A stretch of DNA of 33,575 bases, taken from the NCBI GenBank assembly GCA_964643805.1, contig CAZXUD010000001.1, forward strand, positions 9,147 through 42,721, read 5' to 3'. Position 1 is the first letter of the stretch. Each line of letters begins with the position of its first letter. This stretch comes from an uncultured Candidatus Peribacteria bacterium (lineage in GTDB: Bacteria > Patescibacteriota > Gracilibacteria > Peribacterales > Peribacteraceae). The notes below the pieces were generated by a model that saw only the letters and a list, made by a program, of their open reading frames with translations, was not told where the DNA came from and ran no database searches. The position numbers and the translations under genes are program-made. This document shows positions 1 through 9,333 of the stretch, piece by piece.

Positions 1-1311
1 TTGATGGCCGTCGCGACGACCGCGGCCCTTCAATTCGAAGCAGATGAATTAACGAAATTTGAAAGTCCCGAAGCAATGGAAACAGAATCGTACGCGAGTG
101 TGGTAGAAAGACTTGGTGACTTGCGCGCTTCGAATGAGGACATTAAGTACGCGTACTTAATGCGCCGCACGATGGATCCGAATACTGTGGAATTTATTGC
201 CGATGCCGACTCGCTCGCCAGCCCAGAGGAAGTGGATGAAGACGGTGATGGCGTTCTCCAAGACTATGAAATTCCACCAGCTCTGGGGGACCCGTACGAC
301 GTCACTGAGTACCCTGTGCTGCGTGATGAAGCGTTCTACCACCCAGCCGTGGACCGTGAGCTACAACCTGACCAATGGGGCCTGTTGATGGCTGCTTATT
401 CGCCTATTAAGAACGACAACGGTGACACTGTGGCGATTATCGGCTTAGATGTGATTGTGGACGACTTCTTAGAGCGCACACGGGCAACCCTGTTGCCGTT
501 CCTGCTCTTCATCGTCTTCTTGATCACACTCTTGACCCTCGTGTCGTTGATCTTGGTGCGTGTGAACGAAGGCCGTGTGGAAGCCATGCGCGAACTGGAT
601 CGTCAGAAGGACGAACTGTTGAGCATCGTCAGTCACCAGCTAGCGACACCAGTCACGTCGATTAAATGGTCGCTGGAAATGATGCGCGACGGTGACATTG
701 GTGAATTCACGCCTCAACAGATTGAACAGATTGGAACCTTGCAGCGCACGACTGCAAACCTTACGGACTTAGTGTCGATGATCTTGGATGTGTCGCGCTT
801 GCAGTTAGGTCGTATGCAAGTGAGCCGTGCACCGCTGAACGTTGAACAGTTCTTCAGTGACATCATTGATGAAATGCAACCAAAGGTGAAAGAGAAAGGC
901 GTGCACTTCAACGTGAAACGTCCTAAGGAACCGCTGCCACAAGCCATGCTTGATGCACGCTTGTGCCGTATGACACTGGAAAACTTGTTGAGCAATGCTA
1001 TTAAGTACACACCAAAAGATGGCGATGTAAACTTCACCATTGAGTACGACGAGAAGAAGAAAATTCTCACGTACGTCATTCAAGATACTGGTGTCGGTAT
1101 TCCGAAAAAGGACCAAGATAAGTTATTCACCAAGCTCTTCCGCGCCAGTAACGTGCGCAACAAGATTGACGGGAACGGCTTCGGTCTATTCGTTGCAAAA
1201 GGCGCGTTAGAAGCTCAAGGCGGTACGCTCGATTTTGAAAGCGAAGAAGACCACGGCACCATGTTTAAAGCTACGTTGCCGATTACGTTTGCTGAAGAGA
1301 AAAAGGCTTAA
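1..1311 (+). CDS. Sensor histidine kinase (HisKA + HATPase_c), probably 5'-truncated by the window edge
   Basis: The frame is open from nt 1 (first codon TTG), and no N-terminal TM or signal is seen before the extracytoplasmic Cache/PDC-like region. One TM helix: LLPFLLFIVFLITLLTLVSLILV. H-box SIVSHQLATPVTSI, N-box ENLLSNAIKYT, G1 DTGVGIP, G2 GNGFGLF. No response regulator gene is adjacent. Confidence 0.85.
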   Translation: MMAVATTAALQFEADELTKFESPEAMETESYASVVERLGDLRASNEDIKYAYLMRRTMDPNTVEFIADADSLASPEEVDEDGDGVLQDYEIPPALGDPYDVTEYPVLRDEAFYHPAVDRELQPDQWGLLMAAYSPIKNDNGDTVAIIGLDVIVDDFLERTRATLLPFLLFIVFLITLLTLVSLILVRVNEGRVEAMRELDRQKDELLSIVSHQLATPVTSIKWSLEMMRDGDIGEFTPQQIEQIGTLQRTTANLTDLVSMILDVSRLQLGRMQVSRAPLNVEQFFSDIIDEMQPKVKEKGVHFNVKRPKEPLPQAMLDARLCRMTLENLLSNAIKYTPKDGDVNFTIEYDEKKKILTYVIQDTGVGIPKKDQDKLFTKLFRASNVRNKIDGNGFGLFVAKGALEAQGGTLDFESEEDHGTMFKATLPITFAEEKKA

Positions 1312-2198
1312 GTAATCAGGACGATTCCTACAACCATACCGACGACGAGCGCAAATTTGGTAGGGAGCTGTTTTGCGGTGCGTTTGTCGTACATTACCGG
1401 TATTAAGGCGCCAGCTATCAACGAGAGGAGAAACGCATGCGCTGGAATAGTTGATTCGACCGCTGACACAAACGAAGGAATTCCCAGGGAGACAGCGCGT
1501 TGCGAGAATGCCAATGCCACAAGGTTGATCAATTCGATACCAAAGAAGAGGTACCGCGCTTTGAAGAGCTTAGTGCCTCCTTTCATAACAAAACGGAAAC
1601 AGGCTGGCACTGCCAGTGGTGATAAGCCCGCAATGATTAAGCCAATCGTAATTACCATGAAGCCGAACAGATACGGCATGTTGTTGAACACAATCGCTTC
1701 TAATAGGAACATGATCGCCTGAAGTGCCGAAGCGGCACCCATGAGCAAAATAGTTCGCATGCGCCCATCTACATTTTCGTCGATAAGACAGAAGCCAACC
1801 GATGAACCAATGATGACGGCAATGCCAACGTAGTGGTACCACGCCAGAACCTCACGAAAGAAAATATAGCTGAGAACTAAGACGAAGAGCGGGACAAGGT
1901 TCCAGTACGCTGCCACAATGCCAGATTCACTGTGGGAGAGCGCCTGGAAGTACAAGAACTGACTGGCCTGAATGAGGATACCGGCAAGCAGGGCGATGCC
2001 GACAATAGGTAACGGAGGCAGTGGCCACTGTGCCCACCACCAATAGAAAAGGAGCGGAATAAGCGCCACAAACGAGGACATGGCACTGGTAATGCCACCT
2101 ATCCAGGGTCGATCGAAAATGTCATCGACACAGTACGAGTCGAGCACGTGCACCGCTGCAAAAAACATGGCGGCCAGCAACGAATACAGTACCCACAT
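1308..2198 (-). CDS. DMT/EamA-like 10-TM transporter
   Basis: 296 aa with about 10 hydrophobic helices in two 5-TM halves, the typical EamA/drug-metabolite-transporter layout. Its stop codon overlaps the kinase stop convergently (1308-1311). Confidence 0.65.
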   Translation of the reverse strand: MWVLYSLLAAMFFAAVHVLDSYCVDDIFDRPWIGGITSAMSSFVALIPLLFYWWWAQWPLPPLPIVGIALLAGILIQASQFLYFQALSHSESGIVAAYWNLVPLFVLVLSYIFFREVLAWYHYVGIAVIIGSSVGFCLIDENVDGRMRTILLMGAASALQAIMFLLEAIVFNNMPYLFGFMVITIGLIIAGLSPLAVPACFRFVMKGGTKLFKARYLFFGIELINLVALAFSQRAVSLGIPSFVSAVESTIPAHAFLLSLIAGALIPVMYDKRTAKQLPTKFALVVGMVVGIVLIT

Positions 2199-2241
2199 GC
2201 TGCAAGTCTACGGATGCAGGGTGACCACTGGCAATGAGTCT

Positions 2242-3057
2242 TTAGGCGGAGCGCTTACTGTTCCCCAAAACGGCGTACCCTAACTGTACAAAGAAACAGA
2301 TAACCAAGCCGTTAAAGAGATTCTGAATAAAACCCCCTAGGTAAATGTAGACCCAGTCCACACTTTCTCCCAAAGGCTCCAAGAGACTGGCAAGCACACC
2401 CAGGATGAACCCGATGCCAAACGAGATGAGCCAGATGCAGAGCATGAGGAGCAGATAGTTTCCGACGATCTTTCCCCAGTGTCCTTCGGTCTCTTTCAAG
2501 CTGGCTTGAACGCTGGCGCGAGGCGAGAGCTTTCGTTTTACAAGAATGATTGGGGCAAATGCCAACCGAGGTCCGCGGACAAATAACAAGATAACCGAAG
2601 CCGCTGCAACAATGAGCCCGACCAAACGAAGTAAAGGATTATCGATGGCGGCCAAAAGTCCGCCGACAATCAGTAACCATCCGTAGGAATAAATAAGAAT
2701 CCAAAAGTATGTGACGATAAATGGCACGAATAATTGGCTGGTCCGCTTTAAGAGAAAGCCGACATCGTCTTTTTCTTCTAGCGCAGCCACCATCATGTAC
2801 AAAGCGCCGACGAAAGCGAGCAAGATTGCAACCGGCAACACACCAAGTGCTGCACCACCTAAATCTGCTAGCGTTGCGCCCGCTGGAATTTGTTTCTCTG
2901 CCCACTTGGCTGGCAAGTTAACAACTGCTGCCAACAGGAGTGCAGGCACCAAGAAGGTTGTGAAATGTGTTTGGAACACATCGGTGCTGCGCTTGAGGAT
3001 TTTTGAGAAGGGATCGACCATAAGAAGGCGGGAGATTGTTGAGTACTGTACCCGCAT
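2242..3057 (-). CDS. Polytopic membrane protein of unknown function
   Basis: Long ORF with at least 6 hydrophobic helices. The ORF-track start at 3126 is a TTG that would overlap dprA by 50 nt. The ATG at 3057 (MRVQYST...) or at 3021 is more plausible. No family recognised by eye. Confidence 0.6.
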   Translation of the reverse strand: MRVQYSTISRLLMVDPFSKILKRSTDVFQTHFTTFLVPALLLAAVVNLPAKWAEKQIPAGATLADLGGAALGVLPVAILLAFVGALYMMVAALEEKDDVGFLLKRTSQLFVPFIVTYFWILIYSYGWLLIVGGLLAAIDNPLLRLVGLIVAAASVILLFVRGPRLAFAPIILVKRKLSPRASVQASLKETEGHWGKIVGNYLLLMLCIWLISFGIGFILGVLASLLEPLGESVDWVYIYLGGFIQNLFNGLVICFFVQLGYAVLGNSKRSA

Positions 3058-3076
3058 TCTGAAGAGTTTGACAACC

Positions 3077-4174
3077 TCAGGATCGCACCCACATACCATT
3101 ACCCACGTTTCTTGCCCCTCCGGCAAGTTCCATCATTGTAAGGGCAGCATTGAGGTCCCCAGCCTTCAAACCCGAGCGTTCGACTAAATCGGTAACAGAT
3201 TGGGGCATGCTTGTGAGTGCTTTGTACACGGTGGATTCCTTTTCATCGACGGGTGCATAGGCACTGCTTGAGGCAACAGGCGCACCAATGTTGAAGACCT
3301 TGAGTACATCAGCCGCACTGGTGACCAGTTGCGCGTGTCCTTGCGCAAGCAAGCGGTGACACCCGGCATAGTGTTCGTCGAACACTTGGCCCGGCACCGC
3401 AAACACTTCGCGTCCATAATCGAGCGCGAGATCAGCGGTGATGAGCGCGCCACTCCCCTCGCCTGCTTCTATCACCACTGTTCCGAGTGATAGACCGGCG
3501 ATGATGCGGTTACGCGCAGGGAAGGTGTAGATGTCGGGCACGGTATCGAGCGGGTACTCACTGAGAAGTAAGCCGCCTTTCGCGACAATCTCTTCGGCGA
3601 GGCGCGCATTGCCGACCGGATGAATGGAACCTAACCCATGACCGAGCACCGCGACCGTCTTTCCACCCGTCGCCAGTGTTGATCGCGCGCACTCCGCATC
3701 GATGCCTGCCGCTAATCCGCTGACAGTCACAATACCTGCGCGCACAAGGTCGCCCGCCATCGCTTCGGTCACGCGCTTACCGTAACTACTCATCTCGCGC
3801 GTACCCACGAGTGCGATGCAGGGCTGGTCGAGAATTTCCAGATCACCCTTCGCATATAAAAAGACTGGTGCATCGGGAATTTCACGGAGACGTTTTGGGT
3901 ACGCATCCTCTTCAATAGTGATGAGTTGCAACTCTCGCTTCTCTAAAACTTTTTCGTACGCAGCTACATCAAACTCCTCGTACCGATTGAGTGTTTTCAT
4001 CACGGTGTCATCGCGACACCCCAGTCCTTTGAGGACTGGCTCACTGAGTGCCGCTAAAGCGGCATCCAGGTTGCCGTAGGCCTCTACAAGCGCCTTATAG
4101 CGCTTGCTCGTAAGCACATTGAGCCAAGACCAGATGAGAGCGGTGTCGCGTTGCATGAGCCCGTATTGTAGCAA
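3077..4174 (-). CDS. dprA: DNA processing protein DprA (Smf)
   Basis: Rossmann-like DprA core: GTREMSSYGKRVTEAMAGDLVRAGIVTVSGLAAGIDAECARS...ARNRIIAGLSLGTVVIEAGEGSGALITADLALDYGREVFAVPG, plus a C-terminal winged-helix-like tail. The start is either TTG at 4174 or ATG at 4156. Confidence 0.9.
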   Translation of the reverse strand: MLQYGLMQRDTALIWSWLNVLTSKRYKALVEAYGNLDAALAALSEPVLKGLGCRDDTVMKTLNRYEEFDVAAYEKVLEKRELQLITIEEDAYPKRLREIPDAPVFLYAKGDLEILDQPCIALVGTREMSSYGKRVTEAMAGDLVRAGIVTVSGLAAGIDAECARSTLATGGKTVAVLGHGLGSIHPVGNARLAEEIVAKGGLLLSEYPLDTVPDIYTFPARNRIIAGLSLGTVVIEAGEGSGALITADLALDYGREVFAVPGQVFDEHYAGCHRLLAQGHAQLVTSAADVLKVFNIGAPVASSSAYAPVDEKESTVYKALTSMPQSVTDLVERSGLKAGDLNAALTMMELAGGARNVGNGMWVRS

Positions 4175-4311
4175 TGACTTCTAATAAGGCGTCTGAATCG
4201 GGCCCTGTGGAGTGGGTGTTCCCTCGAGTTCTGGAACGGGACTTTTGGCTTGGAAAAGACTTCCGCCTACCCTCGAGGATTCCTATACTGGCGCAGCCCT
4301 TAAGAAACCAA

Positions 4312-4387
4312 GCCACCCTAGCTCAGCTGGTAGAGCATCGGTATCGTAAACCGAGGGTCACCGGTTCGAATCCGGTGGGTGGCTCCA
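4312..4387 (+). tRNA. tRNA-Thr (anticodon CGU), CCA encoded
   Basis: Cloverleaf folded by hand. Acceptor GCCACCC/GGGTGGC, D-arm GCTC-AGCTGGTA-GAGC, anticodon arm TCGGT-ATCGTAA-ACCGA (anticodon CGT), variable loop GGGTC, T-arm ACCGG-TTCGAAT-CCGGT, discriminator T, then CCA at 4385-4387. Confidence 0.93.
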
Positions 4388-4441
4388 TTTGAGGTGCCCT
4401 AAATTTGAGGATTAAGCCTATTTCTAGAGCTCAATTGAGCA

Positions 4442-4470
4442 TTGAAGAAAAACCCGAAAACTGCTATACT
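4442..4470 (+). promoter_or_regulatory. Sigma70-type promoter candidate for the 4516 ORF
   Basis: -35 TTGAAG (4442-4447), 17-nt spacer, -10 TATACT (4465-4470), lying 45 nt upstream of the ATG. A second TATACT sits at 4284-4289, 22 nt upstream of tRNA-Thr. Confidence 0.45.
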
Positions 4471-4477
4471 ATTTAGA

Positions 4478-4494
4478 TTTCTGGACTCCAGAAA
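4478..4494. promoter_or_regulatory. 17-bp perfect palindrome (candidate operator)
   Basis: TTTCTGGA-C-TCCAGAAA, located immediately downstream of the candidate -10 and so overlapping the predicted transcription start. Confidence 0.4.
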
Positions 4495-4515
4495 CACAAA
4501 CACCCAAACCAACCC

Positions 4516-4875
4516 ATGACTCTCGACGCTTGCATTGCTCACGCTATCCACAGTGACCTCGACATTCTCGAGGCCCTGCCGGAAGTACACGACTTGGCTG
4601 TCGAAGAGTTAGAGGTGTATGTAGAACGCTACGTTCACACGATTCACAAATCGATCTACCAGGCGATTCAGAACCAGGGCGAGGCATTCTTGCGTTGCAA
4701 AGACTCCGCTGGCCTTTGCGCCACCTTGCTTCAAGCAGGTGTCGGCATTCCAGCTCATATGTTGCTACGGATGTGTCAGACCATTGTGCAGCTCTCTGAA
4801 TTAGATGCGCGTTTCATTCTGGATACAGATGAAGGCGCTAGCTTGTACTACGTCAAAGTAGACATCGCTGCGTAA
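4516..4875 (+). CDS. Hypothetical protein (119 aa)
   Basis: ATG-initiated ORF in an otherwise empty gap, preceded by a good promoter candidate. No motif recognised. Confidence 0.55.
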   Translation: MTLDACIAHAIHSDLDILEALPEVHDLAVEELEVYVERYVHTIHKSIYQAIQNQGEAFLRCKDSAGLCATLLQAGVGIPAHMLLRMCQTIVQLSELDARFILDTDEGASLYYVKVDIAA

Positions 4876-4903
4876 GCAAAGTGATAGACGATAGGATGCA
4901 AAC

Positions 4904-5311
4904 TTAACGTTTGCTGAATTGAGGTGCGCGGCGAGCACGGCGTAGACCTGGCTTTTTGCGTTCTTTAATACGCGCATCACGGCGGAGGAAGCCCTCACGC
5001 TTTAGGGATGGGCGCAATTCTGGGTCTAAGAGCAATAGGGCACGGCTGATGCCTAAGCGAATAGCATCGCTTTGGGCAGACTTACCGCCGCCTTCCACAA
5101 TTGCCTCAATATCGAAGGTGGATTTGTTGTTCGTAAGGACGAGTGGAGCAAGAGCGTTCTCAATTTGGATAGGCGTGAAGTACTCCTTTGCCTTCGCACC
5201 ATTGACCGAGAGATCACCTTTACCGGCATCTAACAAACGGACGCGGGCGATAGCGGACTTACGCTTACCTGCGCTGTAGAAGTACTGCCGATTAGAAGTG
5301 GCTGCGGTCAT
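4904..5311 (-). CDS. rpsI: 30S ribosomal protein S9
   Basis: GKRKSAIARVRL...GGGKSAQSDAIRLGISRAL...RRDARIKERKKPGLRRARRAPQFSKR. Confidence 0.97.
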   Translation of the reverse strand: MTAATSNRQYFYSAGKRKSAIARVRLLDAGKGDLSVNGAKAKEYFTPIQIENALAPLVLTNNKSTFDIEAIVEGGGKSAQSDAIRLGISRALLLLDPELRPSLKREGFLRRDARIKERKKPGLRRARRAPQFSKR

Positions 5312-5739
5312 TATTTAGCGAGAGAAAGAGGTTTAGGCTGTTGAGCTTCGTGGTTGTGCTCTGCACCGGTGTATAGGTGGAGACGCTTAAGCATTTGGGC
5401 GCGGAGGCGATTCTTTGGCAACATGCCCTTCACCGCCAACTCTACAACGCGTTCTGGCTTCTTCGCGAAGAGTGTGCTCATGCGTTGGAACTTCATGTGA
5501 CCGAAGTACTTGGTGTGCGTAATGAATTCTTTCTGGAGCATTTTGCGAGCACCAATGCTGAGCTTGCTGACGTTGATAACAACGATCTGGTCGCCACAGA
5601 GTTGGTGAGGTGAGAACGTTACCTTGTGCTTGCCACGCAAAACGTGAGCAACCTTGGTTGCCACGTTACCAACTGTTTGGCCGTCGGCATCAATAATGAA
5701 CCACTCTGGAGCCTGTGTAGGAATCGTGGTGGTCTTCAT
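5311..5739 (-). CDS. rplM: 50S ribosomal protein L13
   Basis: EWFIIDADGQTVGNVATKVAHVLRGKHK...GMLPKNRL...LHLYTGAEHNH. Shares a 1-nt overlap with rpsI. Confidence 0.97.
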   Translation of the reverse strand: MKTTTIPTQAPEWFIIDADGQTVGNVATKVAHVLRGKHKVTFSPHQLCGDQIVVINVSKLSIGARKMLQKEFITHTKYFGHMKFQRMSTLFAKKPERVVELAVKGMLPKNRLRAQMLKRLHLYTGAEHNHEAQQPKPLSLAK

Positions 5740-6185
5740 GATGCTTTCTTGGCAGTGGCTTTCTTTTTAGGAGCTTTCGTTACATCCTTCTTTTCAGCCT
5801 TTGGGGCTGGCTTGCTGGCGGTTGGATCGTAATCAACCAACGTGAAGTCGACCAAGTGAGCGTTATCACCTAAGCGAGCACCGGCTGGCTTAATACGAGT
5901 GAAGCCCGAGGTGCGGTCTGCAAAGCGTGTGACAAACACTTCCATAATCTTGCGGCTCGCGTTTTTATCCGTCACGAAACGATTGATCGTGCGGATAGCA
6001 ACGTGTGGTGGGTTCTTCTTAGCAACGGTAATCATACGGTCCACCAATGGAGCGACAGCCTTGGCACGCGACTTTGTAGTCCGTACTGCCTCGTAGAGGA
6101 GTATGGACGTTAGCAGATTGCGCTTGATCATTCTGGCGTGGCCAGGTTTCTGCTTAAGCCGGTGGCGGGCGTCGCGGTGGCGCAT
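5736..6185 (-). CDS. rplQ: 50S ribosomal protein L17
   Basis: MRHRDARHRLKQKPGHARMIKRNLLTSILLYEAVRTTKSRAK, with a Lys-rich C-terminal tail. ATGA overlap with rplM. Confidence 0.96.
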   Translation of the reverse strand: MRHRDARHRLKQKPGHARMIKRNLLTSILLYEAVRTTKSRAKAVAPLVDRMITVAKKNPPHVAIRTINRFVTDKNASRKIMEVFVTRFADRTSGFTRIKPAGARLGDNAHLVDFTLVDYDPTASKPAPKAEKKDVTKAPKKKATAKKAS

Positions 6186-6209
6186 GGTTACAAGGGCTTG
6201 ATTCTAGGG

Positions 6210-6228
6210 AAAAACGGCCTCTGGCCGC
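6210..6228 (-). terminator. Short GC hairpin plus T5 between rpoA and rplQ (possible attenuator)
   Basis: On the minus strand: G-CGGCC-AGA-GGCCG followed by TTTTT. The stem is only 5-6 bp, so this would be weak or partial. Confidence 0.3.
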
Positions 6229-6250
6229 AAAGGAAAGGTCGAGAAAATGG

Positions 6251-7255
6251 CTAATCCATCATCATATCCTCATTCTCGTTGGCGAGGGCTAGGCCACGCT
6301 CACCGAGGGTCTGCTTCACTTCGTCCAACGCCTTCGCACCGAACCCACGGAAGTTGCTCAAGGCAGACTCCGTGCACTTGGTGAGTTGCTCAATACTACC
6401 CACACCAGCGTTGATGAGGGCGTTGAGCGTGCGTGGCGAGAAGTTGAGGATTTCGATTGGCGTGTAGCTCTCTTTGATAGGCGTCTCTTCAGACATGCCA
6501 CGCATGTGTGCACCTGCACGAGTGAAGTCGGCGATGAAGTCGCCTTCCACTACCTTCTCTGCACTTGCGAAGTAATCGAAGTAACTCTTCAAAAGTTGAG
6601 CGGCAAATTGGAGGGCCTCTTCAGCCTTCAAGGAACCGTTCGTCTTTACATCTAAGACCAACTTTTCAAGGTTAGTCAGCTGACCAACACGAGCGGACTC
6701 AACATTGAAGCGCACGCGGTCAACCGGACCGAAGGCGGAGTCGATGTAGATGAGACCAGGCTCGTTCTGTTTCGCATTGCGCTCGGCAGCTGGTACGTAA
6801 CCAACGCCCTTTTCAATGGTGATTTCCATGTCGATTTCGCCGCCTTTTTCGAGCGTAGCGATTTCGACATCGGGATCCAGAATTTCAATGTCGGAAGAAA
6901 CTTTTAAGTCCTTGGCGGTGAGGGTCTTTGGACCTTTACCAACCAAAGAAATAATCTCCGCATCTTTGCTGAACTTGCGGACCTTGAGCTGCTTTAAGTT
7001 CAAGGTGAGATCCATCACGGTCTCACGCAAGCCCTTAATAGTGGTGTATTCGTGCTGAACACCTTTAATGCGTACCGACGTAGCGGCTGCACCAGGCAAG
7101 CTGGAGAGCAACACACGGCGCAACGCGTTTCCAAGGGTCATACCAAAACCCGGAGGCAATGGCCCAATGGCAAACACCACATGCGAATCATCGCCTTCCT
7201 TGGCAGGAGTGGCGCTGAGCAATGGCAGACCGATTTCTTCCTGGATGATATGCAT
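6251..7255 (-). CDS. rpoA: DNA-directed RNA polymerase subunit alpha
   Basis: N-terminal domain FAIGPLPPGFGMTLGNALRRVLLSSLPGAA and C-terminal domain IEILNFSPRTLNALINAGVGSIEQL. Sits in the canonical rpsD-rpoA-rplQ context. Confidence 0.97.
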   Translation of the reverse strand: MHIIQEEIGLPLLSATPAKEGDDSHVVFAIGPLPPGFGMTLGNALRRVLLSSLPGAAATSVRIKGVQHEYTTIKGLRETVMDLTLNLKQLKVRKFSKDAEIISLVGKGPKTLTAKDLKVSSDIEILDPDVEIATLEKGGEIDMEITIEKGVGYVPAAERNAKQNEPGLIYIDSAFGPVDRVRFNVESARVGQLTNLEKLVLDVKTNGSLKAEEALQFAAQLLKSYFDYFASAEKVVEGDFIADFTRAGAHMRGMSEETPIKESYTPIEILNFSPRTLNALINAGVGSIEQLTKCTESALSNFRGFGAKALDEVKQTLGERGLALANENEDMMMD

Positions 7256-7294
7256 AACGAAGAGTGGAAAAGGGGGCGGCGGGTGACAAAACGA

Positions 7295-7912
7295 CTAATT
7301 GCGTGAGTAGTACTCAACGACTTGGCGGACATCGACAGCCTGTTCGACGTCCTTAGTTTCTGGCAGGGTCACCACCTCTGCAGAAATTTTGTTGCTATCC
7401 ACTTTCAGCCATGCCGGTGGCATGTATTTTTCGTGGGTAGCAAGAATGCTGGCAAAAATTGGCGATTGTTTGGCCTTCTCGCGCACCGTAATCACCTCCC
7501 CTGGTTTCACTTGGTACGAAGGAGTCGTGACGCGCACACCGTTCACCATAAAGAGTCCGTGGCTAGCGAATTGGCGGGCTTGCAAACGTGTGACTGCAAA
7601 GCCTGCGCGGTAAATAGCATTGTCGAGGCGGCGCTCTAAGAGTTGCTTCATCATTTCGCCGGTCTTACCGAGCGAGCCCGTTGCCTTGTCGTAAATGCGG
7701 CGGAATTGGCGCTCAGACAAACCGTAGATGTCGCGCATCTTCTGCTTCTCTTTTAACTGCGAAGAATATTCAGAAGGACGGCTGGCACGGTCACGTGGTC
7801 CTTTGCCTGGCAAGTGAGGACGACGCTGCATAATTTTGTCGTACTTTTCGACACCGTACAGGTTGATTCCCTGTCGTCGGCAGCGCTTTGTTTTAGGACC
7901 TGTGTACTTCAT
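7295..7912 (-). CDS. rpsD: 30S ribosomal protein S4
   Basis: MKYTGPKTKRCRRQGINLYG...RLDNAIYRAGFAVTRLQARQFASHGLFMVNG. The ORF-track N-terminal extension (to 7999) overlaps rpsK. The ATG at 7912 gives the canonical N-terminus. Confidence 0.95.
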   Translation of the reverse strand: MKYTGPKTKRCRRQGINLYGVEKYDKIMQRRPHLPGKGPRDRASRPSEYSSQLKEKQKMRDIYGLSERQFRRIYDKATGSLGKTGEMMKQLLERRLDNAIYRAGFAVTRLQARQFASHGLFMVNGVRVTTPSYQVKPGEVITVREKAKQSPIFASILATHEKYMPPAWLKVDSNKISAEVVTLPETKDVEQAVDVRQVVEYYSRN

Positions 7913-7937
7913 GAGTTCAAAAGAGTGAGAGGAATAA

Positions 7938-8360
7938 TTACACGCGGCGTCGGCGTCGAGCGCGGACTCCACCGTGTGGGATAGGCGTGGTATCAACAAT
8001 GGATTCTAAGTTAATGCCCGCCCCCTGAATACCACGAATCGCTTGCTCACGTCCGGGCCCGAGGCCTTTGACTTCCACGTGGACACTTTCAACACCATAA
8101 GGCTGAGCTTGTTCAGCGGCTTGTTCAGCCGCGACTTTCGCAGCGTATGGGGTCGATTTGCGTGTACCGGCGAAACCAGCACGGCCACAGCTACAACCGG
8201 CAATCTTGTTACCAGTAAGATCGGTGAACGTGACGATGGTGTTATTTTCACCTGCGTAAATGCATACGCGAGCCACTGGGACTTTCAGTTTCACCTTCTT
8301 CTTGCGAACCTTAGGAGCTGCAGCAGTTGTTGCCTCTGGAATTTCAGGAATATTAGCCAT
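7938..8360 (-). CDS. rpsK: 30S ribosomal protein S11
   Basis: NNTIVTFTDLTGNKIAGCSCGRAGFAGTRKSTPYAAKVAAEQAA...GPGREQAIRGIQGAGINLESIVDTTPIPHGG. Confidence 0.97.
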   Translation of the reverse strand: MANIPEIPEATTAAAPKVRKKKVKLKVPVARVCIYAGENNTIVTFTDLTGNKIAGCSCGRAGFAGTRKSTPYAAKVAAEQAAEQAQPYGVESVHVEVKGLGPGREQAIRGIQGAGINLESIVDTTPIPHGGVRARRRRRV

Positions 8361-8362
8361 GA

Positions 8363-8743
8363 CTATGTCTTGGTAAGGGTAGTACGACCGGAGAGTCCTG
8401 TCTTCTTCTTACCACGCTTCGTGCGCGCATTGCGACGAGAGGTTTGACCACGGACTGGCATCTTGCGGCGGTGGCGGTAGCCACGCCAGGTACCAATGTC
8501 CTGAAGACGTTTAACATCCATAGAAACTTTGCGAGTTAAGTCCCCTTCTACAACTTCTTGCTCCACGCGTGCACGCAAACGAGTTGCATCTGCTTCGCTC
8601 AATGCATCTGCTTTTACATTGATGTCGAGCTTGAGTTCTTTAAGCATGCGGCGCGCGAGTGGTTGCCCCACGCCTTTGATGGCCGTGAGAGCAACGAAGA
8701 TATTTTTATTGCCGGGGATTGCGACACCTGCGATACGAAGCAT
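8363..8743 (-). CDS. rpsM: 30S ribosomal protein S13
   Basis: MLRIAGVAIPGNKNIFVALTAIKGVG...GTWRGYRHRRKMPVRGQTSRRNARTKRG. The canonical start is the ATG at 8743. The ORF-track start at 8791 would run into rpmJ. Confidence 0.95.
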   Translation of the reverse strand: MLRIAGVAIPGNKNIFVALTAIKGVGQPLARRMLKELKLDINVKADALSEADATRLRARVEQEVVEGDLTRKVSMDVKRLQDIGTWRGYRHRRKMPVRGQTSRRNARTKRGKKKTGLSGRTTLTKT

Positions 8744-8754
8744 AGAGAGAAGGA

Positions 8755-8883
8755 TTAACCTTGGCGTTGTTTGTGCTTGGGATTGGTACAAACGATGCGG
8801 CGCACTTTTTTGCCCAGCCCGTTACGGCGGATAATTAAGCGGCAGTTCTTGCACATTGCTTTAACAGAAGCGCGGACTTTCAT
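8755..8883 (-). CDS. rpmJ: 50S ribosomal protein L36 (42 aa; below the ORF-track length cutoff)
   Basis: Hand translation: [42 protein letters not shown]. It has the CxxC...C...H zinc-type pattern and the conserved NPKHKQRQG end. It carries about 4-5 extra residues (GLGKK) relative to typical 37-38-aa L36. Confidence 0.9.
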   Translation of the reverse strand: MKVRASVKAMCKNCRLIIRRNGLGKKVRRIVCTNPKHKQRQG

Positions 8884-8892
8884 GGGGAGAGT

Positions 8893-9180
8893 TTACTGAG
8901 GGGGAGAATCTTCGCTGGGCGTTTTGCCTTCCATGTCGGCCATCGACTGGTCGCTGCGGAAGCGGTATGTGATGCGGCCCTTTTTTAAGTCGTAGGGCGT
9001 CATCTCAACCTTCACGCGATCACCAGGGAGAATACGCACGCGATTGACGCGCATACGGCCCGCGAGGTGACAGAGAAGTTTGTGGTCCTTGGCCTGATCA
9101 CTCAGGATTCGGACTTGGAACATGGCGTTTGGAAATGTCTCTTCCACCACGCCGATGAGTTCAAAAACGTCCTTTGGCAC
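8893..9180 (-). CDS. infA: Translation initiation factor IF-1
   Basis: [16 protein letters not shown]...[40 protein letters not shown] start. About 20-aa acidic/Pro C-terminal extension. Confidence 0.93.
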   Translation of the reverse strand: MPKDVFELIGVVEETFPNAMFQVRILSDQAKDHKLLCHLAGRMRVNRVRILPGDRVKVEMTPYDLKKGRITYRFRSDQSMADMEGKTPSEDSPPQ

Positions 9181-9333
9181 AAAGAAAGGCGTACGCGCAA
9201 AGCCGTGGCATCCTACTTAGCAATCTTGGCAGCTTCAAGCGAAAAGTCCTGAAAATCCTGCAAGGAAGGAAAAATCCATTGACTAAACCATCGTATTATT
9301 TTTTGTCTAAATTTCGACGTGCTTTTTAGGCAT

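Noticed and set aside
1308-1311. Overlapping convergent stop codons (1308-1311 and 13999-14002) and the 4-nt gap at 27439-27442, considered as possible regulatory or antisense-interference sites.
   Set aside because: They are consistent with general genome compaction seen throughout the window (ATGA and 1-nt overlaps). No specific structure is associated with them.
9279-9300. Plus-strand TTGACT with a downstream T-rich stretch in the map-infA gap, considered as a promoter.
   Set aside because: No plus-strand gene lies downstream, and no properly spaced -10 is present. The gap more likely carries a weak internal minus-strand promoter for infA, which I could not define convincingly.
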